Part shown: piece by piece, positions 56,687 through 64,000 of the stretch
How the letters are laid out: each line of letters starts with the position of its first letter
Position numbering within the stretch: the first letter of the stretch is position 1
NCBI GenBank assembly: GCA_964648765.1
Contig: CAZYLF010000002.1
Location: 3,537 to 67,536, forward strand
Length of the DNA: 64,000 nucleotides
Direction: 5' to 3'
Source: an uncultured Candidatus Saccharibacteria bacterium
Lineage (GTDB): Bacteria; Patescibacteriota; Minisyncoccia; Phycocordibacterales; JACOZG01
Translations under genes and position numbers: made by a program
Notes under the pieces: generated by a model
The model's database searches: none
Seen by the model: only the letters and a program-made list of their open reading frames with translations
Told to the model about the DNA's origin: nothing

Positions 56687-56832
56687 AACCATTATTTTCC
56701 ACCCATTTTAGCATTTTTGGTGATGGGTTTCGAGTTGGTTGACAAATATGTACTTATATGATAAGATTACAGAGGAGACGGAGCTAATGTGGCTCAAAAT
56801 CAGTACATTTAAACCTAAAGAGGAGAAAACTC

Positions 56833-57621
56833 ATGTGCAAGGCGATATATTTTGCCGGTGTGGCTCTGGTTATTTATTGGGTGCTACTTCAGACGCAAAA
56901 CGACAAAAGAGCGAATGATACACCCGTATCTGCGACAGAATACCAGACTGAGAAGGCGTCTCATATTCGCGAGATCCCGCCAAAGTCAGGAGCAACTGAA
57001 GTTGGTTACCAGGCAGTGGTGCCCCAATGGAAGTGGGTTGAAGTCTTAAACGAAGAGCCTGTCGTTCAGCGTTTCAGAAACAGTAACTACGAACTGACCA
57101 CAGGCAGAAATTGCGGAATCGAATTCGGCGGCTTGGTCACAGTTAAAGAGGTGCTGGGAGACAACTTGCTCGTGGAATACACAGCTCCCGGAAATCCCCT
57201 AGGCACGCCATGTCCATCAGGAGTAAGATTCAACATGAGCACAACGGAGTTTGGTACGATGAGCGACCATTACGTTGTGATCCGCGACACCATTGAATCC
57301 GAGAAAGAATTGGTTAAGCGACTGCTTGCCCAAAATTTCTACGGTGAAAAGAAAGACGCGGGCAACTGGCACTGGATCGAGGTAGTAAACATTGACCCAG
57401 TCGTCCAGAATTATTCCAACGTCAACAGTTATCTCTCCTACGGTGACACGTGTGGTGCCGGGCGATCCGACCACGGAGATGACAGCTACACCATCGAGGG
57501 CGGAACTATCCAGGTCAGAGGTATGGAGGGCAGCATGGTACTCTACGAGTACACTGCTTATGGCAAACCATTGGGAACGCCATGTCCATCTGGAGTTCTC
57601 TTCTTCGGTGGAGTAAAGTAA
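56833..57621 (+). CDS. exported protein with two tandem Cys-pair beta domains
   Basis: W.W.EV.N..PVVQ..CG..GG..EYTA.G.PLGTPCPSGV.F occurs twice. Confidence 0.75.
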   Translation: MCKAIYFAGVALVIYWVLLQTQNDKRANDTPVSATEYQTEKASHIREIPPKSGATEVGYQAVVPQWKWVEVLNEEPVVQRFRNSNYELTTGRNCGIEFGGLVTVKEVLGDNLLVEYTAPGNPLGTPCPSGVRFNMSTTEFGTMSDHYVVIRDTIESEKELVKRLLAQNFYGEKKDAGNWHWIEVVNIDPVVQNYSNVNSYLSYGDTCGAGRSDHGDDSYTIEGGTIQVRGMEGSMVLYEYTAYGKPLGTPCPSGVLFFGGVK

Positions 57622-57711
57622 ATAAAAAGGAAAGGGAAAACGAGAGGCAATCAAGGATGATTGCCTCTTTCTTTTTGTAAATTTATATTTAACTTTTGCT
57701 ATACTGAAAAT

Positions 57712-58632
57712 ATGCAAAATCAAAAAATTGTTCCGCATTTGTGGTTTGATAAGGAGGCGAAGGAAGCGGCAGGGTTTTATGCGACGTTGTTTTCCGCCCA
57801 CGGCGAATCGAGTGTGGATAATGTGACCACGCTCCACGACACGCCGTCGGGTGACTGTGACATTGTGTCGTTTACTTTGGCTGGGCAAAAGTTTATGGCC
57901 ATCTCGGCCGGCCCGTACTTTAAGATCAATCCGTCCATTTCTTTTTTCGTTAACTTCGATCCATCACGTAACCCTAAGGCTGAAGAAGACTTGAACGCTT
58001 TGTGGGCCGGGCTCTCGGCGGGAGGCAAGGCGCTGATGCCGCTCGATAAATATCCATTTAGCCAGCGCTATGGTTGGATCCAAGATAAGTATGGCGTCTC
58101 GTGGCAATTAATGCTCACTGATCCGAGTGGCGAGCCGCGACCGTTTATTGTGCCATCACTGATGTTTACCCAAAGTGTGGCCAGCAAAGCAGAAGAAGCC
58201 ACGGATTTTTATTTATCTGTTTTTAAGAATAGTAAGAGGGGCGCGCTGGCGCGTTATCCGGCTGGCATGGCGCCCGACAAAGAAGGTACGCTGATGTTCA
58301 CCGACTTTATACTTGAGGGTCAGTGGTTTGCGGCGATGGACTCGGCTCACGCTCACGAATTTATTTTTACTGAAGCAGTTTCTCTGATCGTCAATTGTGA
58401 GGATCAAAAAGAGATTGATTATTATTGGGAAAAGTTGAGCGCCGTGCCGGAGAGTGAGCAATGCGGCTGGCTGAAGGATAAATACGGCGTCTCGTGGCAG
58501 ATCACCTCGCGCGCGATGGACGAGATGATGAAGAATGGTGACCAGGCCAAAATCAACCGCCTCACCCAATCGCTCCTCAAAATGAAGAAGATTGATATAG
58601 CTGAATTGGAGAAGGCTGCAGAGGGGAAGTAA
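57712..58632 (+). CDS. double-domain VOC/PhnB (3-dmu-9_3-mt) protein
   Basis: PHLWFD.EA.EA..FY; [10 protein letters not shown] twice. Confidence 0.92.
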   Translation: MQNQKIVPHLWFDKEAKEAAGFYATLFSAHGESSVDNVTTLHDTPSGDCDIVSFTLAGQKFMAISAGPYFKINPSISFFVNFDPSRNPKAEEDLNALWAGLSAGGKALMPLDKYPFSQRYGWIQDKYGVSWQLMLTDPSGEPRPFIVPSLMFTQSVASKAEEATDFYLSVFKNSKRGALARYPAGMAPDKEGTLMFTDFILEGQWFAAMDSAHAHEFIFTEAVSLIVNCEDQKEIDYYWEKLSAVPESEQCGWLKDKYGVSWQITSRAMDEMMKNGDQAKINRLTQSLLKMKKIDIAELEKAAEGK

Positions 58633-58778
58633 CCCTTGACAAATACATTTATATAAACTACAATCGAGAGCAGAAGCTCCTTGAATTTGGAGTCTCAATT
58701 TTAGCTGCAACTAGTCTCAATGTGAGTTAGTTGGAACAGCTAAATCTGTAAAAACGGTCAATTTAAAAGGAGAAAAAA

Positions 58779-59582
58779 ATGGCCGAACAACAGACCCCCA
58801 AGCTGATCGGGGTGTTAGCAGAACATCAGCAATACTTTGGGGCAATGTCGAAAGGTGACGCCCAGTGGGTCATCCAAAACACAGCCACAGCAATTGCCCT
58901 CTTTGTGAGCGCTGTTAAAATGCGAAACAAGGGCAAATCAATCATTGGTTCGCTAGTAAGAAATATTCAACAGAAATCGAAAAATATCTGGTGGACCGCT
59001 GTCGCTCATTCGGAAGAATATGCTAGCGCACTTAGGATGATGAAGGTAGATATCGATACCTTGAAAAACAAAAGAATGGTGATCAAAGTCACTACGACAA
59101 TAGGTGTCGTCTACCTCGTACCTGAACATACTTGCGGTTCCCCTTATGGTGGTGATTGGCAAATGATTCTGCAGGCCAGACTTGAGTACGGCGAGCAGAC
59201 CCAAATTGGCGGCGGTACAACCAGCGTTCACATCCTTGAGGATGAGATGTTCGCCGAGGTCATGCAGGCCATTGTAGAAAATAAAACAGAGATCGTATCT
59301 GAGCGCTGGAGATTTAATCAACCTGTCGCGAAACCAGCCACTCCTCCGTCCTCTGGAAACAATGATCTCACAGTAGTAAGCGAGGTTATCAGAGATTGGA
59401 GGAACGGTGCTGGTGTGGGGGTTGTTGTACCAACAATTTTGGGTATGCTTGAGCAATTAATGCGCGCATACCAGAATGATTTTTCGGCAGACAAAGCTAT
59501 GGAAGCACTTGGAGACTTATCCAAAACTGCGATGCAAATTCGAGAAAATATCTCGAAAGCTAAGTCAGTTGCTCAATCTTGA
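58779..59582 (+). CDS. hypothetical protein
   Basis: AAGGAG SD, promoter and terminator. Confidence 0.6.
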   Translation: MAEQQTPKLIGVLAEHQQYFGAMSKGDAQWVIQNTATAIALFVSAVKMRNKGKSIIGSLVRNIQQKSKNIWWTAVAHSEEYASALRMMKVDIDTLKNKRMVIKVTTTIGVVYLVPEHTCGSPYGGDWQMILQARLEYGEQTQIGGGTTSVHILEDEMFAEVMQAIVENKTEIVSERWRFNQPVAKPATPPSSGNNDLTVVSEVIRDWRNGAGVGVVVPTILGMLEQLMRAYQNDFSADKAMEALGDLSKTAMQIRENISKAKSVAQS

Positions 59583-59739
59583 TTCAAATCCAACAAGGCC
59601 CCACCCACGGTGGGGCCTTTAATTTTGTAAAACCACGAAGAAGTAATTTGACTCCCCAACTAATTTGGCGTAGTTTGGATGTGGATGATTGATGCCTGAC
59701 GACATCAACAAATGACCTTTGTTTTGGGAGGAAATAGTC

Positions 59740-59934
59740 ATGTCAGAAAGATCCAAAACTAAAGTGAACTTCAAGGCAGTCGCAGCAATGGTGATACTGC
59801 TTGGAATCGGCTTTATTGGTGGCGCAATGTGGTGTCTGTTTTATATCCAAAGTTCGCTAGGTCCAAACTATGACCACAACCCCGAAAACAATGTTTCCAC
59901 AGCCGAAGCCATGAAAAATCTGGAGAAACTGTGA
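59740..59934 (+). CDS. small single-TM protein
   Basis: GGGAGG SD; TM helix. Confidence 0.55.
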   Translation: MSERSKTKVNFKAVAAMVILLGIGFIGGAMWCLFYIQSSLGPNYDHNPENNVSTAEAMKNLEKL

Positions 59935-59938
59935 TCAC

Positions 59939-59995
59939 CACCCCGCGACGTCGTCGCGGGGTTTTTGTTTGTGAAAAAGTAAGAAAAATGGTAGT
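59939..59995 (+). repeat. terminator plus promoter module (copies at 60559-60588 and 61345-61402)
   Basis: CACCCCGCGACGT(A)CGTCGCGGGGTTTTT[GTTTGTGAAAAAGTRAGAAAAATGGTAGT]. Confidence 0.9.
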
Positions 59996-60109
59996 AAGAG
60001 GGTTGGAGAACCTTGTCCAATTTGGAGAAAAAAGATGGGAAGAAAGAGGAGTCCAAGAAAGATGTTCCGTATTCCATACTATTTTTAATGAAGTCAGAAG
60101 GAGAATCTG

Positions 60110-60544
60110 ATGAAGATTAAAGTTCGTGAGATGAAGCTTTCGGATTGGGAGGGTGGGTTACGGGATGTATTGGCCAACCTAAGCACAGTAGAGAGAATTC
60201 CAAAAAGGAAGTACGAGCAGATCTTTAAGGATCGTCGTAAAACTGGTCACCACACTTTTGTGGCAGAAGTAGATGGACAGATTGTGGGTACAGCCACGCT
60301 CATTGTGGGCTACAAATTACTCCGAGGTGGAGTACGATCCGGACGAGTGTCTGATGTGGCCACGCATCCCAATTGGCAGCGGCGAGGTGTTGGCCGAGCT
60401 CTAATGAAGAAGATCATTAAAGTTGCCAAAGCTCAAAACTGCTACAAGTTGACTCTTAATTGCCAAGAGAAGAACGTTGAGTTTTATGAGAATTTTGGCT
60501 TCACACGACACGAAGTGTCTATGAGGAATTGCTCCATTAAATGA
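60110..60544 (+). CDS. GNAT acetyltransferase (GNA1-like)
   Basis: IVGTATL..K..RGG..G.V.DV..QRRGVG..CYKLTLNC..NVEFY. Confidence 0.88.
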   Translation: MKIKVREMKLSDWEGGLRDVLANLSTVERIPKRKYEQIFKDRRKTGHHTFVAEVDGQIVGTATLIVGYKLLRGGVRSGRVSDVATHPNWQRRGVGRALMKKIIKVAKAQNCYKLTLNCQEKNVEFYENFGFTRHEVSMRNCSIK

Positions 60545-60657
60545 TCGTTCATTTACCACACCCCGCGACGTACGTCGCGGGGTTTTTTCTTGCTCATAAT
60601 TGCGCAAAATGCTAGTACATAATTAGTTATTTAGGACAAAACATAGGAGGTATTGAA

Positions 60658-61332
60658 ATGAGTAGACCGAAAATTTTGGTTTTGGCTTCTGGCACAGCAG
60701 AAGGTGGTGGTTCAGGATTTGAAAATTTAGTAAAAGCTTCTCGTGGTGGAGTTCTGGAAGCTGAAATTGTGGCGGTGGTATCTAATTATCAAAGTGGAGG
60801 AGTGAGAATGCGGGCCAACAAGCTTGGCATCCCTTTTATCCACTTTCCGGCCCCTTGGGACGCAACAAGTTATCAGAATTTGGCCCAGGAATCTGGAGCA
60901 GAATTTTTTGCCAGTTCAGGCTGGTTAAAGTTGATTACTGGACTTGATCCAAACACCAACTTTAATTCGCAAACCGTCTTCAATATCCATCCAGCTCCCC
61001 TGCCACAATTTGGTGGGAGAGGTTTCTTTGGTCAACATGTCCACGAGCGAGTCCTGGCCGCATTCCGTGAGCGTCAGATTTCACACTCTGCGGTATGCAT
61101 GCACTTTGTGACTGGTGAGTATGATCTTGGGCCAATCTTTTTTCATTGCCCGGTTGAGATTAAGGAAGATGACACGCCAAGTACGCTACAAGCTCGAGTT
61201 AACCGAATCGAGCACATTTATCAGCCAGCGGTCACCAATATGGTGGTTAATGGTTCGATCAAATGGGATGGTGTTAATCCCCAATCACTGGCCCTCCCAC
61301 GAGACTACTCAATCAGTCGAGAAATTTGCTAA
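60658..61332 (+). CDS. phosphoribosylglycinamide formyltransferase-like (PurN family)
   Basis: LASG..GS; NIHP..LP.FGG.G..G.HVH; HFV..YD.GPI. Confidence 0.85.
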   Translation: MSRPKILVLASGTAEGGGSGFENLVKASRGGVLEAEIVAVVSNYQSGGVRMRANKLGIPFIHFPAPWDATSYQNLAQESGAEFFASSGWLKLITGLDPNTNFNSQTVFNIHPAPLPQFGGRGFFGQHVHERVLAAFRERQISHSAVCMHFVTGEYDLGPIFFHCPVEIKEDDTPSTLQARVNRIEHIYQPAVTNMVVNGSIKWDGVNPQSLALPRDYSISREIC

Positions 61333-61450
61333 AGTTTTATCCCCCACCCCGCGACGTACGTCGCGGGGTTTTTGTTTGTGAAAAAGTGAGAAAAATGGTA
61401 GTTAATAGTTAGAGTTAATTGAACAATGGACATTAATAAGGAGATCGATC

Positions 61451-61822
61451 ATGTTGCCAGTAATCAAGGTTTGGGGTTTGGACGGAAAACAATCTGAAGA
61501 TGACCTGAGGATACTACATCAGAAAATTGTTGCGGCAGTGGTGGGTGTGAGCGAACTAGAATGCAAAGATGAGAACGATATGACGGTTCTCTTCCCCACT
61601 GATCTGATGAAGTACGGTCAGGGTCAAGAAATTATTGTTGAAATTTCTGGCCTTTTTGGAAAAAATGCCCAGAAGCAATGGGTACAAAATCGCCTAGCCA
61701 GAGACGTTGGAATCACAATTGCTTCCCTTTATTCTGAAGCCTGCGTGGATGTAATGGTTCAACTACCACTTACATCCCAGCTTGGGTTTTGGTCTAACAT
61801 CAACTACTCGTGGCCCCCGTGA
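61451..61822 (+). CDS. tautomerase-like hypothetical protein
   Basis: (M)LPVIKVW..L...I..AV beta-alpha-beta pattern. Confidence 0.5.
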   Translation: MLPVIKVWGLDGKQSEDDLRILHQKIVAAVVGVSELECKDENDMTVLFPTDLMKYGQGQEIIVEISGLFGKNAQKQWVQNRLARDVGITIASLYSEACVDVMVQLPLTSQLGFWSNINYSWPP

Positions 61823-61868
61823 TGACGCCGAAGGAGTAAACAAGATCACCAAACAAGGAGATAAGTTT

Positions 61869-62330
61869 ATGAATGGGAGAGTTGAGGCAATCTGCATCTG
61901 CGCAGTGGCAGGTGCTCCAATGCAACTAGTTTCAAAGGTTGAAGCCATTGTAGGTCAAGGGTTAATGGGCGACAGATACGCCACTGGCGAAGGTAGCTTT
62001 AACAAAGGGAAACCAGGAGAACGCCAAGTGACGTTGATCAACGAAATATTTTTTGCAGGTAGCGGCTTTGGGTACGCCGACAGTCGACGCAACATTGTAA
62101 CAAGTGGTGTTGAATTGGTGTGGCTAATCGGGAGAAATTTTGAAATTGGTAATGCTCGATTCCGAGGTGTGAAATACTGCGATCCCTGCACTCGCCCGAG
62201 CAAGTTGGCCGGTAAACAAAAAAGTTTTAGAGAGACCTTCTTTGATCGCGGAGGAATTATTGCAGAAGTCATCGAGGGTGGTCTGATTAAACAAGGAGAC
62301 TTGATCATCCCACCGACAAAAGGGTATTAA
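61869..62330 (+). CDS. MOSC domain protein
   Basis: GL.GDRY, RQVTLI, RRNIVT, CDPC, RGG..A.V..GG.I..GD. Confidence 0.9.
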   Translation: MNGRVEAICICAVAGAPMQLVSKVEAIVGQGLMGDRYATGEGSFNKGKPGERQVTLINEIFFAGSGFGYADSRRNIVTSGVELVWLIGRNFEIGNARFRGVKYCDPCTRPSKLAGKQKSFRETFFDRGGIIAEVIEGGLIKQGDLIIPPTKGY

Positions 62331-62450
62331 CGCCCACCCCGCACCACAATGGTGCGGGGCTTTTTATATTCAGATTTTAACAATGGTAATAATTTTAATC
62401 ACCAAACGGCATAGGATATAGCTAGTTTAATAAAAAAATAATAAATATAT

Positions 62451-62681
62451 ATGACAACAATAATCAACACACCGCCAACAACAAATGTAACCCACGAGAA
62501 TGCAGATTCTGGTTTAGGAGTATTACTCGGGGTAATAATCGGCATTATTGCGATTGTGCTTTTCTTTGTTTACGCCTTTCCTCAAGCTCGCATAAACACT
62601 ACACCAGAAACAAACAACGTAGATTTTAATGTAACCGTTCCTACCCCAGCCCCAATCGCTCCCATTACCAACACAAACTAA
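62451..62681 (+). CDS. small single-TM protein
   Basis: TM helix with Thr/Pro-rich flanks. Confidence 0.65.
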   Translation: MTTIINTPPTTNVTHENADSGLGVLLGVIIGIIAIVLFFVYAFPQARINTTPETNNVDFNVTVPTPAPIAPITNTN

Positions 62682-62735
62682 ATAATACCCACTTGCTATT
62701 TTGTCGGTCAATTTTGATCATGCTATAATTTAGAC

Positions 62736-63719
62736 ATGAAAAAATTAACATTATCTTTAATCGTTTTGGCGGGACTTGGTTTGGGATTTATTTCAACTGA
62801 AAAAGTTGATGCTCAAACTCCTCCCACCTGCGACTTTACGAGAGATTTAGATGTGGGTGACACTGGTGAGGATGTGCTTTGTTTACAAAAGTTTTTAAAC
62901 GCGGGTGGCTTTATCATTACCAGCACTGGCGCTGGCTCGCCCGGTAATGAAACTGACCTTTTTGGCACACTTACTAAAGAAGCTTTGGCCAAATGGCAAA
63001 CCGCTCAGGGGCTCTCCCCTGCTAGCGGTTACTTTGGTCCTAAGTCACGTGCGACCTACAAAACTCCCGGCACGCCGGCCGTAAATCCTGCTTCCCCTTC
63101 AACAGCCACTCCAGGGATGCCATCAATTCAAGAAGTTGTAGCCAAATTAAGTGAATACGCTGACTTAATTAAAAAGCTCCAAGATGAAAATGCCGAGCTA
63201 AAACAAAATACGAGCCAAGGCAGTGGCAACGACACCGTAAGAGAGATGCTAAAAGATGCTCACAATATGGTTGAGGATGCTGAAGATGCAATCGACGACG
63301 CAGAGGACGATGGTGAGGATGTGAGCGAAGATAAGGACAATCTGAGCGATGCAGAAGAAGAAATTTCTGATGGTCTTATCGCTTTCATTGAAGAAGATTA
63401 TGTGAAGGCTGAAAGTCATGCTGAGGACGCAATTGAGGCACTTGAGGATATTATTAGTGACTTAGGCGGCGATGAAGAGGACGCTCAAGACGCCCTTGAT
63501 GATGCTGAAGAAGCTATTGATGATGCTAAAGATGAAATCAATGAAGCCGATGACGACGATGATGATGTAGATGAGGCTGAAGATTTACTCGACGATGCGG
63601 AAGATAAATTTGAAGATGCGGAAGATGCCTTTGATGATGAGGACTTCGACGACGCTATCGAGCTTGCTGAAGAGGCTCAAGACCTTGCCGAACAAGCTGT
63701 GGACGCCATCGGGAATTAG
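62736..63719 (+). CDS. secreted peptidoglycan-binding protein with highly acidic helical-repeat C-terminus
   Basis: Signal peptide; L..G..G.DV..LQ.FLN..FG..T..A..WQ..GYFGP.SR; D/E-rich tail. Confidence 0.85.
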   Translation: MKKLTLSLIVLAGLGLGFISTEKVDAQTPPTCDFTRDLDVGDTGEDVLCLQKFLNAGGFIITSTGAGSPGNETDLFGTLTKEALAKWQTAQGLSPASGYFGPKSRATYKTPGTPAVNPASPSTATPGMPSIQEVVAKLSEYADLIKKLQDENAELKQNTSQGSGNDTVREMLKDAHNMVEDAEDAIDDAEDDGEDVSEDKDNLSDAEEEISDGLIAFIEEDYVKAESHAEDAIEALEDIISDLGGDEEDAQDALDDAEEAIDDAKDEINEADDDDDDVDEAEDLLDDAEDKFEDAEDAFDDEDFDDAIELAEEAQDLAEQAVDAIGN

Positions 63720-63793
63720 TTAATAATTTATTTTAAAACAACAATGCTCCAATCCGGGGCATTTTTGTTTTATTAAACTGCTATAATAATCTA

Positions 63794-64000
63794 ATGAATG
63801 AAAATTATGAGGTACAGAAAAATACAGAATTTATATCCCTTGCAACAGAGTTAAGTGTGGAAATAAGTGGTGAGAGATTCCCTTTCCCAGGTATTGATCC
63901 AGATGCTTACCTCAAACTTAAAGCAGTTGATGCCGAGTATCCCGGCTACACTACTCCCACCGATGAACTGATCACTAGATTGGAAAATGAGGGATTTAAA
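63794..64000 (+). CDS. hypothetical protein, 3'-truncated by window edge
   Basis: TGCTATAAT-N6-ATG; frame open to window end. Confidence 0.65.
   Translation, partial: MNENYEVQKNTEFISLATELSVEISGERFPFPGIDPDAYLKLKAVDAEYPGYTTPTDELITRLENEGFK

Noticed and set aside
57217-57888. 223-aa minus-strand ORF
   Set aside because: Antisense to two well-supported plus-strand genes
63270-63700. GAY/GAR-rich periodic DNA as a tandem repeat element
   Set aside because: Explained by the Asp/Glu/Ala helical repeats of the PG-binding protein
39720-63770. Classical integron cassette array
   Set aside because: No tyrosine integrase and no RYYYAAC..GTTRRRY attC pattern seen; genes carry their own promoters and occur on both strands

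Overview
Bacterial chromosomal window, most likely Patescibacteria/CPR (Parcubacteria-like). This is inferred from the many short hypothetical genes, bPH_2/DUF2585/PG-binding acidic proteins and TGnTAnnnT-N6-ATG leaderless starts. Main elements: (1) tRNA-Ala(GGC) followed by a MATE transporter and a DegT-aminotransferase/FAD-oxidoreductase fusion. (2) A self-contained four-gene ubiquitin-like conjugation operon (tandem E2/pseudo-E2, JAB peptidase, E1, and a Ubl ending in Gly-Asn). It sits on a 5.7-kb islet bracketed by a duplicated gene 3' end plus terminator. (3) tRNA-Asn(GTT) split within the anticodon (35/36) by a 582-nt group I intron carrying an HNH endonuclease. (4) A large-serine-recombinase island at that tRNA's 3' end. 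It carries a six-unit structured non-coding repeat array with a terminator/antiterminator, Avs4, an EcoRI-family MTase plus DUF262-HNH nuclease, Fic, and a CsoR-CopA copper cluster. (5) A SAM-I riboswitch ahead of a degenerate PduO-type adenosyltransferase. (6) About 24 kb of promoter-gene-terminator micro-cassettes with repeated intergenic modules. All family assignments come from motifs recognised by eye; no searches were run.
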